Source: an uncultured Candidatus Saccharimonas sp. (lineage in GTDB: Bacteria; Patescibacteriota; Saccharimonadia; Saccharimonadales; AQU-01). Taken from it: a stretch of DNA of 64,000 bases. Both the position numbers and the translations under genes were made by a program. Position 1 is the stretch's first letter. Each line of letters opens with the position of its first letter. The notes beneath the pieces are model-generated. The model worked only from the letters and a program-made list of their open reading frames with translations. It had not been told where the DNA came from and made no database searches. Shown here piece after piece: positions 34,855 through 44,979 of the stretch. The stretch covers positions 6,169 through 70,168 of the forward strand of contig CALRGT010000003.1 in the NCBI GenBank assembly GCA_943358095.1, read 5' to 3'.

Positions 34855-36207
34855 ATGAACTCAAGACTAACAAATCCGACCATTCTTATCATAATAGGTA
34901 TATCAGGTGATTTAGCTAGGCGTAAATTGTTGCCTGCAATCCGCAAGATACATGATGCTGCGGTATTACCAGAAAACTTCCGTATCATAGGCATTTCTAG
35001 AAGAGATATTAGCGTTGAAGATGTTTTGCCTATTGGAGGCGATCAAGAGTATCTACGCAGTAGCATAGAGATCAGGCAGATGGACCTAGGTAACGAAAAT
35101 GATTATCGAGCATTAGGGGAATACCTAACAACCATTGAGCAGGAGTTTGGTGCTGAAACTCAACGAATATTTTATTTGTCAGTTCCGCCACTTGCATCAC
35201 AGCCAGATATTGAGCTAATGGGATTGTCCGGTCTTTCAAAAGCGCCTCGCACAAAACTTTTGATCGAAAAGCCTTTTGGTACCGACCTGGAAACAGCTGA
35301 AGAGTTAGTAGAAAACATAAAGCTTCATTTTGCAGAAGACCAAGTGTATCGAATTGACCATTATTTAGCCAAGGAGATGACTCAGAACCTTGTAGTATTC
35401 CGCAGCAGCAATGCTTTGTTTAGGAACACCTGGAACAAGGATAATATAGAATCGATAGACATCACCGCTAGTCAGCACATTGGCATAGAAGGTAGGGCGG
35501 CATTTTATGAGCAAACAGGGGCACTGCGCGACATCGTGCAGAGCCATCTACTCCAGCTAGCTGCGCTGACGCTAATGGATTTACCGAATGGTGATGACTG
35601 GCAAGCAATTCCCGTTAGTCGCCTGCACGCACTCGAAAAGCTCAGTCTCAGCGGCTCAGCAAATGACACCGTCACCAGAGGTCAGTATAGAAGTTATCGC
35701 CAAGAAGTCGACAACGAAACTAGCAATGTGGAGACTTTTGTTTCACTTAAATTAGCATCGTCCGATCCAACGTGGCAAGGCGTGCCGATAACTTTAACTG
35801 CCGGCAAGGGACTGAACGACACCCTTACAGAAATCACTATTACTTATAAAAAAATTGGCACAGAAGAGCCTAATGTTCTGATTTTACGTATTCAGCCAAA
35901 TGAGGGTGTTGAGTTATATCTATGGACCAAAGAACCCGGTTATGACCGTAAGTTGCGTCAAGTACCGCTTAGCTTCTCTTATAGCGAGCAATTTGAAGGA
36001 TTGCCAGAGGCCTATGAACGCGTATTTGTTGATGCCATGAAGGGCGACCGAAGTTTGTTTACGAGCAGTGACGAGGTGCTAGCATCTTGGAAAATTCTAA
36101 AACCTGTGCAGGATAATTGGAAGTCAATAGGCGACCAAGGACTTATTATTTATGAGTCTGGAAGTAAGCCGGGCGACGTTGTTGGCACGATACCCGCTAA
36201 AGATTAA
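34855..36207 (+). CDS. zwf: glucose-6-phosphate dehydrogenase
   Basis: GISGDLARRKLLPA dinucleotide motif, RIDHYLAKE active-site nonapeptide, DIVQSHLLQL. Confidence 0.95.
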   Translation: MNSRLTNPTILIIIGISGDLARRKLLPAIRKIHDAAVLPENFRIIGISRRDISVEDVLPIGGDQEYLRSSIEIRQMDLGNENDYRALGEYLTTIEQEFGAETQRIFYLSVPPLASQPDIELMGLSGLSKAPRTKLLIEKPFGTDLETAEELVENIKLHFAEDQVYRIDHYLAKEMTQNLVVFRSSNALFRNTWNKDNIESIDITASQHIGIEGRAAFYEQTGALRDIVQSHLLQLAALTLMDLPNGDDWQAIPVSRLHALEKLSLSGSANDTVTRGQYRSYRQEVDNETSNVETFVSLKLASSDPTWQGVPITLTAGKGLNDTLTEITITYKKIGTEEPNVLILRIQPNEGVELYLWTKEPGYDRKLRQVPLSFSYSEQFEGLPEAYERVFVDAMKGDRSLFTSSDEVLASWKILKPVQDNWKSIGDQGLIIYESGSKPGDVVGTIPAKD

Positions 36208-36257
36208 GACATTGTGGCTCTGGATAAGTAAAACAGAAAAGGCTATACTTAAGCGTA

Positions 36258-36887
36258 ATGGATAAAATGGATGAACTCGACGAAATGATAAGTGCAAATG
36301 AGCCCGCTCCCGAGCAGGTCCATCAACCTTATTTCGAGACAAGTCAGCCTCAACCCACTGCATCTCGAATTAAACTGCCGTTTAAAGGAGTCAGGAGATC
36401 GGTTAGGCTATTGATTGCAGGGGCGATTATTACGATAATGTTCTTTATTCTGAATGTATTTATACCTAAACCAAAGGTTGTTAACGTCAAGGTATTGGCA
36501 GCCGATAAAGCAGCTATGGTTTTACTAATAGATAAGCAATGTCAGGATGGAGCTAAGATCTATGGTTTGACCTCAGGCGTTACGGGCTTTATCGTTTCAG
36601 ACGAAATTGCATCTAGGGGTCTTGCGGCCAACTCAGCTGTAATTAATTTTAAGCAAATAGAGTCAGCTGGCGTGGCTACGATTAGTTGCGCTAACGGTCA
36701 ATCACCATTAGATGTGTACTCTGATGCTTTATTTTTAAAGACTAATAATATATGGAAAATTGCTGGCACTAAGATTACTATCCCAGGAAGTGGGTTCCTG
36801 TGTTCCACGCTTTCTAACAATAAAGTACCCAAGGATTTTATTAGTACATGCTCGGACAAAGACGGTGCTGCTAGTCACGCCCGCTAA
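36258..36887 (+). CDS. hypothetical membrane-anchored protein
   Basis: 209-aa ORF with a single TM near residue 55-75. No family recognised. Confidence 0.5.
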   Translation: MDKMDELDEMISANEPAPEQVHQPYFETSQPQPTASRIKLPFKGVRRSVRLLIAGAIITIMFFILNVFIPKPKVVNVKVLAADKAAMVLLIDKQCQDGAKIYGLTSGVTGFIVSDEIASRGLAANSAVINFKQIESAGVATISCANGQSPLDVYSDALFLKTNNIWKIAGTKITIPGSGFLCSTLSNNKVPKDFISTCSDKDGAASHAR

Positions 36888-36906
36888 GCCTTATTGGTAT
36901 TTTTAT

Positions 36907-39528
36907 TTAATTTGATGTGTATTGTCTGTGCAGATAGGTGCCGTATGTTTTGTCGCCTCTACATAGTTTTACTGTTTTACATACAGCGCCGTCGTACTTA
37001 GAGTAGGTTAAGAAGGTAGAGAACTTACTGCCTAGTTCTGCGCCAGTTACATTCTCAGCCATCTCTCTTATAGGATATCCAATGTAGTGCTTGAGAGGTA
37101 TCTTGAGAATGTTGGCATAGTGCTGGTTCATATAAGCTTCGTAGCTTCTATCTACAAATTTTGAAGTGTAAATGTGATCGCTGTGATCGGGTATTATTGT
37201 GCCATTATAATCACTCAAAGTATTTATAAATGATGGGTGATAAGTGGCCATTATCTCCAGCAAGGAATCAGTCAAATTTTGAGTGCTATAAGTTGAGTCG
37301 CCATACAAAGCTTTAATGCTTGGTATTGAATCATTATAAAGCTTCTCTATACTTTCATTATTTGTGATTTTAAATCCGCCTCCTCTCAAATTACCATCAG
37401 GTAAGTGCATGTAAAGTAAAAGTATTTTATCGTTCCCTACAGGATTAGATGCAGTTATATAATGCCCGTTATCAAGCTCTACAGTACGATCAACCCAGAA
37501 ATTGTCTATTCCAGCCATTTTGGAATATGCGGCCTCTGAGCCTCTCTCTCTTCTTAGCCAATAGAAACTATTATTACCACCATCACCTGTTGTTAGGTAT
37601 ACAGTACGTACACACAATCCAGCAGTGATATATTTTTGGATATCAGGGTTCATAAATAATATATCATCATCTTGGTGAGCGACTATATTTAGAACGCTCG
37701 CTTTAGTACAAGAAGTATTGGTGAGATTTTTCATCTTTGTTGGTACGACAGCCAAAGTAGTTTGCTTACTTATATTATTAGCTATCGCTCTGTCGCGGTC
37801 TGAGTAGTCGTAGAACAATAAGAGTTCTTTTGGATTTTTGACGGTACCCGAAACTACAATGCTGCTGTTTGGTTCGCCGTATTTTGATATGACGGTGTTG
37901 ATGCTACATCCAGGAAAGTCAGTTTGACCCTTTTCTACAGAAAGCAGGTATGCAAAACTGCTGGTTTTTAAGTCCATCTGCCATTCGCTACTTGTTAGTA
38001 CGTTTTTATAGGTTGTACAGTCGCTAAGTGGCAGCACCCTTACTTTGCCTTTAGAGACTTGTTTGATCGGTAATACTCGCCAATAATCCCCTATCAATAC
38101 GCTAACTGGCTGAGCATTAAGAATTTGTGATATGACTGAATTACGAAATGTGAATTCGTCGTTAGATGACGACTCTAGTCGATTGTAGTTGTAGATAGCA
38201 GGCATGCTTATAAAACTGAGCAATGCAATAGAATAGCCGGCTATAACTAACTTTTCTGAAGATATATTAAATTTGCGTAAATATGTGGTGCCGGCTATGA
38301 AAATTGTAAATAATGCGATGCTAAGATATCTCGCGTCGCCAGCGTAATAATGATTAGTCACTACGAATGCTCCTAATGCCGCAACAGTAGACCAGATCAT
38401 TGCTACAGACAATGTATTGTTGATGTCGGCGCCAAAATCTCCATGCTTTCTTAGACTATTTTTGATAATCATAAACACCGCCACAATACCCACAATAAAT
38501 AACGCGAAGTTTATTAATAATGCAGGTCCAGAGTATGAAAGTATATTTGCTAAAGCGTGTTTAGGAAATTGGCTTAAAATATTTGTGTCGTAGGCAAAGT
38601 TAGCTCCAAAGTTCACTAGAAGGCCACTAACTCCATATGCGATGCCGAGAATTAATTGATGTAGGCTTGACGCTAGATTGTACGTATTAGTTGATTGTGA
38701 CGAAAAATTTACTACACCAATAGTACTAACTAATCCTAGTATTGAGTATGATCCTGCTGCTCCTGCTAATACCCCAAGCACCCATCTGGCTGATGTCGTT
38801 ACTAGATTCCACCTTCGACTAAGCGCGTATACGAATAGCGCTATCAGTGCGCCGCCTAAAGATATATTAAAGAACAATGCGTCAGATGCTATGAGTACGC
38901 TCAGGCCAATTACTCCTACCAGGAAGAGCCTATGCTTGATTTTTGGAGAACGTAGCAGCGCCAAGATACTGGCTATATATAAGACATATTCTATATTTCT
39001 GGTAGTGGCCATGCCCATATTGACTGGCAATAAAGCTCCAGCATAGGGCTGAGCAGGTATTTGTAGAAGTACTGAAGCTAGAGCTAAAAAAATAGTTCCA
39101 ATTACTAAAGGTCGCTTTTCGATTTTGTAGAGTATTTTGCAAAAAAACAAAACGGTTGCTAGGGCCAGTATGATTGTTGCGACCTGATAACTTCTGGCTG
39201 TGTCGCCAAAAAGATGAATTACATAAAATACTGGCCATTTCAAAAACTGAGAATGTTGTCCAGGTAGTGTTGAGTTTCCGAAGCTCGTAGAAGATTCGTA
39301 TAGGTATGGGTTTACTAATTGGTCGGCGTTGTTGCTATGCACTCTTGCGCTAAGGCCTGCCCAAATGACTGTGCTTATTATAAGAAATATGACCGACCCT
39401 ATAAGATAATTTCTCTGATATTTTTTGTCGTTAACCATCTTCTCAAAGATGTTTACACGTGATTGCTTGTGATTATTGATGATAGTACGTTTGTTGTTTT
39501 TGTTAGGTTTACTCATAGATTCAATCAT
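36907..39528 (-). CDS. fusion protein: polytopic membrane domain (GT-C/ArnT-like topology) + C-terminal PIG-L/LmbE family deacetylase
   Basis: 873 aa. About 13 hydrophobic helices in the N-terminal 450 aa. The C-terminal domain has VAHQDDDILFMNPD (the AHPDDE-type PIG-L motif). Confidence 0.7.
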   Translation of the reverse strand: MIESMSKPNKNNKRTIINNHKQSRVNIFEKMVNDKKYQRNYLIGSVIFLIISTVIWAGLSARVHSNNADQLVNPYLYESSTSFGNSTLPGQHSQFLKWPVFYVIHLFGDTARSYQVATIILALATVLFFCKILYKIEKRPLVIGTIFLALASVLLQIPAQPYAGALLPVNMGMATTRNIEYVLYIASILALLRSPKIKHRLFLVGVIGLSVLIASDALFFNISLGGALIALFVYALSRRWNLVTTSARWVLGVLAGAAGSYSILGLVSTIGVVNFSSQSTNTYNLASSLHQLILGIAYGVSGLLVNFGANFAYDTNILSQFPKHALANILSYSGPALLINFALFIVGIVAVFMIIKNSLRKHGDFGADINNTLSVAMIWSTVAALGAFVVTNHYYAGDARYLSIALFTIFIAGTTYLRKFNISSEKLVIAGYSIALLSFISMPAIYNYNRLESSSNDEFTFRNSVISQILNAQPVSVLIGDYWRVLPIKQVSKGKVRVLPLSDCTTYKNVLTSSEWQMDLKTSSFAYLLSVEKGQTDFPGCSINTVISKYGEPNSSIVVSGTVKNPKELLLFYDYSDRDRAIANNISKQTTLAVVPTKMKNLTNTSCTKASVLNIVAHQDDDILFMNPDIQKYITAGLCVRTVYLTTGDGGNNSFYWLRRERGSEAAYSKMAGIDNFWVDRTVELDNGHYITASNPVGNDKILLLYMHLPDGNLRGGGFKITNNESIEKLYNDSIPSIKALYGDSTYSTQNLTDSLLEIMATYHPSFINTLSDYNGTIIPDHSDHIYTSKFVDRSYEAYMNQHYANILKIPLKHYIGYPIREMAENVTGAELGSKFSTFLTYSKYDGAVCKTVKLCRGDKTYGTYLHRQYTSN

Positions 39529-39564
39529 TACAGTATGACTTAAAATTGCGTTTCTTAAAAGAGG

Positions 39565-39984
39565 TTATTCGATAGGTGGAAAGTTGTTATCGCCAAAAAT
39601 ACGGGTTTTGTATAGATAAAAGTTCCAAATAGTAGTCGCACCAAGCGCGATGGTTCTACTTATTGGTGCCGGCACTCTATCGCCTAATGTTTTTGCTAAC
39701 ATAATAGTGAAGTAGAAATTGAATAGTACTAAAGCTGATGCATAAAAGACTTGCTTAAAAAGTACTTTTTTGTGCATACGTTTGTCTCTGAATGTTAATA
39801 GTTTCTGTGCCCAGAATGACACCACAAAACCTGTCCAATAACTTATGCCAACCGCTAATATAGTGTTTGCTCCGAATTTTTGGGCAATTACTATAATTAT
39901 TAGCTCCAGTAAATATATTGACACCCCTACTACTAAATAGCGACCAGTGTTTGTCTTAAGGAATTTGCTATATTTACTGCGCAT
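39565..39984 (-). CDS. GtrA family membrane protein
   Basis: 139 aa, 4 TM. RYLVVGV...E N-terminal motif and WNFYLYK C-terminal motif. Confidence 0.8.
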   Translation of the reverse strand: MRSKYSKFLKTNTGRYLVVGVSIYLLELIIIVIAQKFGANTILAVGISYWTGFVVSFWAQKLLTFRDKRMHKKVLFKQVFYASALVLFNFYFTIMLAKTLGDRVPAPISRTIALGATTIWNFYLYKTRIFGDNNFPPIE

Positions 39985-40952
39985 TAATTTTTGCCAGAAT
40001 GAATCGACTTACTCCTGTCGATAACATATAAAGGTCTTCGTTTGCTAAGTGTGTGAATATGTGAGACGTAAAGCGATAGTAGCCCGAGCGACAACAGAAC
40101 TATCCCTACGAGAAAAACAATTAAAATGCCAAGCATGGCATTACCTGTAAATTTCCAGCTTAGAGGGTCGTTCATTATTAGTTGTTCAATTATGACTGCC
40201 AACCCTAGAAGTAAGGAGCAGGAAGTTATAAATATTCCTACCCAGCCAAACATATAAAGAGGGCGTGGTGATGAAGATATGAAGCTATCCGTAGCGAGTT
40301 TAAATAGCATATTTCTAGTATATGATGGGCTACCTCCGTCTCTATCGTTGGCGTTAAACTCAATATATTCACGGTCAAAACCTAGCCAGTCAATAAGACT
40401 GCGAGTTACCCGGTTATTTTCTGGAAGTTCTAGGAATGCCGATTGAACGCTTCGGTCAATTAGACGAAAGTCGCTCGAGCCAATGTTTACGGCTTGGCCT
40501 GTTATGGCTTTAAAAAGCTTGTTGAATATCTTGGGTCCACTGTTCTTTAGTAGGCCTTTTCCGCTAGGATTGACTCGTATGCCTATTACAACTTGGGCAC
40601 CAGACTGCCATTTGGCTATAAACTCTGGTATTAGATCTACTGGGTGTTGACTGTCAGCGTCCATTGTTATTATTGCGTCACCTTTAGCTTCTGCGATTCC
40701 GGCAGTTAGTGCTGCCTCTTTGCCAAAGTTGCGAGATAGTCGGACGTAGTTAATGTTGCTGTAATCTTTCTGAAGGGATTTTATAATTTTGGGGGTGTCG
40801 TCGACGCTGCCATCATCGCAATAGATTATTTCAAAAGTCAGATTAGTATTTTTAAGAACATCGTAAAGTTTTATATGAAAAGCTGGTAGAGCCTCGGCTT
40901 CGTTGTAGGCCGGTATGACCATTGAAATATTGGGACTATTAGAATTTTTCAT
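39984..40952 (-). CDS. family 2 glycosyltransferase (polyprenyl-phosphate sugar synthase type, 2 C-terminal TM)
   Basis: SMVIPAYNEAE, DDGSVDDT, DADSQHP (DXD) motifs plus two C-terminal TM helices, as in DPM1/ArnC/GtrB-like enzymes. Confidence 0.9.
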   Translation of the reverse strand: MKNSNSPNISMVIPAYNEAEALPAFHIKLYDVLKNTNLTFEIIYCDDGSVDDTPKIIKSLQKDYSNINYVRLSRNFGKEAALTAGIAEAKGDAIITMDADSQHPVDLIPEFIAKWQSGAQVVIGIRVNPSGKGLLKNSGPKIFNKLFKAITGQAVNIGSSDFRLIDRSVQSAFLELPENNRVTRSLIDWLGFDREYIEFNANDRDGGSPSYTRNMLFKLATDSFISSSPRPLYMFGWVGIFITSCSLLLGLAVIIEQLIMNDPLSWKFTGNAMLGILIVFLVGIVLLSLGLLSLYVSHIHTLSKRRPLYVIDRSKSIHSGKN

Positions 40953-41120
40953 GTATTGGCTAGATTATACCAAATATCAAGCCTTGCTGTCGCATCTAGT
41001 TGTGTGATTGGTTTATTGCAGTTCTTTGCTGGCTATATATACAATCGAAAAACTATAAGAATAATATGGTATTTCATGGGATTAGTGGTGTATTATGGTT
41101 ATGGTAGGAGGGGACAATTT

Positions 41121-41708
41121 GTGAGGGTTACTGTTTTCGGTGAAACCAATCGCGCTAAACACTTTATATTAAATAGAGCTCTTTCTGCAGGTTATTCTGT
41201 TAATGTGATCGAAAATGGCAAAAAAAAACATCCCAAGCGAAAGAATCTCAAGGTATTTAGTGGCAGGCCTCAAGACGTAAAAAGCATTAATCGAGCAACC
41301 AAAAACACTGACGCGGTATTATGTTTATTGCAAGACGCTCTGAGCGATAAATCTGAAGCTTTTATCTATAATCTTGTTTCTGTAATGGAGAGCAAGTCTA
41401 TTCGCAGGCTAGTAATTTATTCTTGCACTCAAGAGCAAAATGCTGGTGCAAGTATGGAGACCAGTAGGCTGGTTGCATTATTCAAATTTAAGAAATCCCC
41501 AAGCCATAGCGACATAAAAGAGATTCTTAAAAAATCAAATATAGACTGGACAATCGTTGGGCACCCTCCAGTTACAAGAACACTCAGCAGCGATATTACT
41601 AAAAGCCAGGAATACCCTGAAAGCTTCGGAGCGGATTTAGCTAAACGATTAGTCTCTCAGATAACAGACTCATCATCAATTCGTGAAACACTACTACTCT
41701 CGGCGTAA
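41121..41708 (+). CDS. NAD(P)-binding (NmrA/SDR-a5-like) domain protein, degenerate Gly motif
   Basis: GTG start with an AGGAGG SD 8 nt upstream. VTVFGETNRAKHFILNRALSAGYSV resembles a Rossmann N-terminus with GxxGxxG degraded. Confidence 0.5.
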   Translation: MRVTVFGETNRAKHFILNRALSAGYSVNVIENGKKKHPKRKNLKVFSGRPQDVKSINRATKNTDAVLCLLQDALSDKSEAFIYNLVSVMESKSIRRLVIYSCTQEQNAGASMETSRLVALFKFKKSPSHSDIKEILKKSNIDWTIVGHPPVTRTLSSDITKSQEYPESFGADLAKRLVSQITDSSSIRETLLLSA

Positions 41709-41711
41709 AGA

Positions 41712-43115
41712 CTAATTAACTGTGTAGTTAGAGGCGCTTAGCTCATTTTGAGTTTGATTCCATCTTAGACGTTCTAGAATCATATTATATGTTCGTTGGT
41801 TTGATGGCTTGGTTGTTTTGTTGGATGTTTGGACGCCTATTACACTAAATTTAAACTTGAAGGGTAATAGCCCAAGATTGCTTGTTTTAATTTGATCAAA
41901 ACAATCATCGTGAAAGGAAGCACATCTTTCTCCCAAGCTAACCCATGACTGTAGCATAGTTTCTGTTTCCGGGCTTTGATCAATACTCATTGTTAAGCTT
42001 ATAGCTGCTGAACGAGTTACTTCCTCGCTGAACTGCTGGTCAAATATAAAGTTACCCATAGAGTAGGCGATTAATTTTCCTTTATACACTTCTGTTGGCT
42101 GCACCCAATGTGGATGATTGCCGAGCACTATATCTGCACCATAATCTATCATCTTATGGTACAGAGCCTGTCTCTCTGCGTCTACAACAGAACTGTATTC
42201 AACACCCATATGAGGCATGACAATAACTGGCATATATTTTGCATATAATTTGATAGGCTCTAGGTCCTTGTCTTTTATTTTGTAATTCACGCCAGCAAAA
42301 CCACACATTGCTACTGGGATTTTTACTTCCTTCTGTGTGTCATCCAGGCGCACCCTAGCAGGAATCGCTATGACCTCGCAAGCATCGGTGCTTATACTCG
42401 GATCAAAATGTCCAAAATATTGAATTGCGTAATCGTCCAGTGCTTTTCTAGTTGCGAGTAGTCCTTCTTCGTCTTTGTAGTTATTGGTGTGGTTGTTAGC
42501 GAGCGAGAACACATTGAACCATTTAGATGCCTCTGAAAGATACGATACAGGGCAGTTAAATATCAATTTCTCTTTCTCATCTTTAATTGATGCTTGCACT
42601 CCTGGAACTGAAGGACATTCAAGGTTAGCTACCCACGCATCGTAGCTGTCTTTTTTGAACTCGCCTAAATGTCTAAAGGGGTAGGCTTCTTTTAATGAGG
42701 TTTCTTGCGCCCACTTGTTTAGATTCCGTCCCCAGTAAACGTCGCCCGCAAATAGAACTCTACTTTCTAGAATTGTTGATTCCGGAAGTTTGGTCGAGTA
42801 GTCCTCCATCCGAATGGCATGACTACGTAGAGAAATGTTTACAGCAAGTCCAAGGCCAATCATGGCCAGCACCACCATACAGAGTATATTTTTGCGTTCA
42901 TCTTCTGTATATCGTTTATTGTAGCGTGCTCTACTTTTCTTTGCTTTGAACTTCAATAGAATAATTTTATTTCGCTTAATCTTATTAGCATTACGAATTA
43001 CTTTACGAATTCGATTAATGCGAAACTTCAATACCTTTAATCTTCTCTTAATAAGTCTTCGAGATTTTTTCGTAAGAAGTGCCATATTAATTACTTTCCT
43101 TTTCAGGATGCCCAA
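41712..43115 (-). CDS. capA: CapA/PgsA family poly-gamma-glutamate synthesis protein (metallophosphatase fold) with highly basic N-terminal extension
   Basis: VANLECP, SLANNHTN, LGNHPHW and YSMGNFIFDQ motifs. About 70 aa Lys/Arg-rich N-terminus, then a TM. Confidence 0.85.
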   Translation of the reverse strand: MGILKRKVINMALLTKKSRRLIKRRLKVLKFRINRIRKVIRNANKIKRNKIILLKFKAKKSRARYNKRYTEDERKNILCMVVLAMIGLGLAVNISLRSHAIRMEDYSTKLPESTILESRVLFAGDVYWGRNLNKWAQETSLKEAYPFRHLGEFKKDSYDAWVANLECPSVPGVQASIKDEKEKLIFNCPVSYLSEASKWFNVFSLANNHTNNYKDEEGLLATRKALDDYAIQYFGHFDPSISTDACEVIAIPARVRLDDTQKEVKIPVAMCGFAGVNYKIKDKDLEPIKLYAKYMPVIVMPHMGVEYSSVVDAERQALYHKMIDYGADIVLGNHPHWVQPTEVYKGKLIAYSMGNFIFDQQFSEEVTRSAAISLTMSIDQSPETETMLQSWVSLGERCASFHDDCFDQIKTSNLGLLPFKFKFSVIGVQTSNKTTKPSNQRTYNMILERLRWNQTQNELSASNYTVN

Positions 43116-43770
43116 AACCTAGAAATCCGTAATTCTGTACAAATGAAAAATTCCGGTATTTCACTCCACCATTCAAATTGCCGCCAATCATACCGGCTCT
43201 TCCGATTTCATCGCCAACGTCTACGACAATATCTACGTGCCCAAGATTATCTTCATAATCGCCGCGCCAGAATATAACAAAATCACCAATTTCTGGCTGA
43301 AGTCCTTTCTGTGTTATCTCTGCGCTGTCGTGCCACGTACCATGTTCCTTTAGATATTCTGTGAACTTACGAGAATTTGTTATTCGCCAATTTTGAGTTA
43401 AATTATCTGCTACTGGCGATCCTGCCTTCATAGTAACCCAGCTCGCAAACATGGTGCACCATTGTGAATGATAACCCTGCGTGTACATGTCGACCTGGGG
43501 TCCGCTATTAGATCCCATAGGAGATTCAAGGACGTTTTTTCTGAACTCCTGCATAGCAATATCAGCCCGTTTTATGCCATAAAATTCTTTTGGTTTTACT
43601 TCAGCCTTGGCTGTCTCTAATAATTGTTTTTGGATTTTTATTTCTGGCTGCGCTGCGACGTCAAAAAATAGGTCCTTGTAGCCAAAGTATGTATAGAACG
43701 TAACTGTAAACAAGACTAATCCAATTCGCACAAAGACTCTTTTATTAATGAAATTAAATTTAATGCGCAT
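43087..43770 (-). CDS. CHAP domain amidase/peptidase
   Basis: N-terminal TM. Catalytic Cys context QWCTMFASWV and His context LGHVDIVV. Confidence 0.7.
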   Translation of the reverse strand: MRIKFNFINKRVFVRIGLVLFTVTFYTYFGYKDLFFDVAAQPEIKIQKQLLETAKAEVKPKEFYGIKRADIAMQEFRKNVLESPMGSNSGPQVDMYTQGYHSQWCTMFASWVTMKAGSPVADNLTQNWRITNSRKFTEYLKEHGTWHDSAEITQKGLQPEIGDFVIFWRGDYEDNLGHVDIVVDVGDEIGRAGMIGGNLNGGVKYRNFSFVQNYGFLGFGHPEKESN

Positions 43771-44977
43771 GATTTTTCTCTAAGAATTTTAATAGCGCTT
43801 GAGATTGCTTGGTGTGGATATTAACAGACCCTAATAGCAAAAACTCGTCCTCTACAATAGCTTTTGATATAACTTTAAGAAGCTTTGTTCCTGCTAGTTC
43901 TGAGTGCATGCTCTCGTTCCCCATACTTACAACCACGACATTCTTGTTTTTACGTTTGCGAGTTAATTTTGCAACTTCCTTAATGACATTTTTTTCATAA
44001 TCACCGAATGCGAAGATATAGTCAGCGCCAATTGATTTGACTGCAATATTCGCAAATTGTGATACTCGATCAGGTCTATCGTGCCTATTGTTTAGAATTA
44101 CGGCTCTGATAGTCTTGTCGCCTACTTTAGTGCGCAAGGCTTTAGACGTCATTATGAAACTTTCTGAATCGTTAATAGCAAAAAGATTTGCCCAATGTAT
44201 AGTCTTTTTGTGTTTAATTATTTTCTTTAGCGCAAAGGCACCAGGATCAGGTTGTGCTTTATGCATGCCATTTAGAGCCGTGCTTCGCTTTATGCCAGTT
44301 AGTTGCGCTACTTTTATTGCTATAGCGACATTCGACTTATACTCAAAGTGATCAAACATAGACATTTGTTTATCGCCAATTCTCATACTCCCTACGGCAT
44401 GAAATTTTGTATTACGTCTCTTGCACTCTTTACGAAGAATCGTAAGAAGTTTAGGGTTTGTTTCCGCTGTAATTAAATGGCCATTTTTGGGTATAGTTGC
44501 ACATAGACTTCTGGCAATTTCCGGCAAGGTTTGCCCAAGCATATCCATATGATCTTCTCTAATATTCGTAATGACACCAATAGTTGAGTGCATGATTTTT
44601 TCTTCAAGATACTTCTGGTATATCGGGTTAATTGCCATGCATTCAAAAACAATAGCTCTGTATCCTTGGCCTTTGTACATGTCTATAATTTGTTTTTGTT
44701 CTGCAATATCTGCTTCTGTTCTCGGTATTTCCATATCTTTGCGATGTCCTATTACTAGGCGGGCAGCTGAGCCAGTAGTTTTACCAAGAGTATTGATTCC
44801 ACCCTCTCTTAGCGAGGCTGCAATTAATCGGGTAACCGTAGACTTACCGCGAATGCCGTTAACGTGAATTCGATGTTCAAACTCTTTTAAAACTAAGTGC
44901 GAATGCTTACGCTCTATTAGAACGCTGTTCGTAATATATATTGCAAATAATATGGCAATTACAATCGGAATATACAT
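43760..44977 (-). CDS. capB: poly-gamma-glutamate synthase CapB/PgsB (Mur ligase family)
   Basis: HVNGIRGKSTVTRLIAA, ECMAINP, NIREDHMDMLG, PDPGAF and NNRHDRPDRVSQFA closely follow recalled B. subtilis PgsB. Confidence 0.9.
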   Translation of the reverse strand: MYIPIVIAILFAIYITNSVLIERKHSHLVLKEFEHRIHVNGIRGKSTVTRLIAASLREGGINTLGKTTGSAARLVIGHRKDMEIPRTEADIAEQKQIIDMYKGQGYRAIVFECMAINPIYQKYLEEKIMHSTIGVITNIREDHMDMLGQTLPEIARSLCATIPKNGHLITAETNPKLLTILRKECKRRNTKFHAVGSMRIGDKQMSMFDHFEYKSNVAIAIKVAQLTGIKRSTALNGMHKAQPDPGAFALKKIIKHKKTIHWANLFAINDSESFIMTSKALRTKVGDKTIRAVILNNRHDRPDRVSQFANIAVKSIGADYIFAFGDYEKNVIKEVAKLTRKRKNKNVVVVSMGNESMHSELAGTKLLKVISKAIVEDEFLLLGSVNIHTKQSQALLKFLEKNHAH

Positions 44978-44979
44978 GA

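Noticed and set aside
40956-41120. TTG-initiated 55-codon extension of the NAD(P)-binding protein ORF
   Set aside because: It has no RBS. The GTG at 41121 has an AGGAGG SD at ideal spacing and begins exactly at the Rossmann beta-1 strand.
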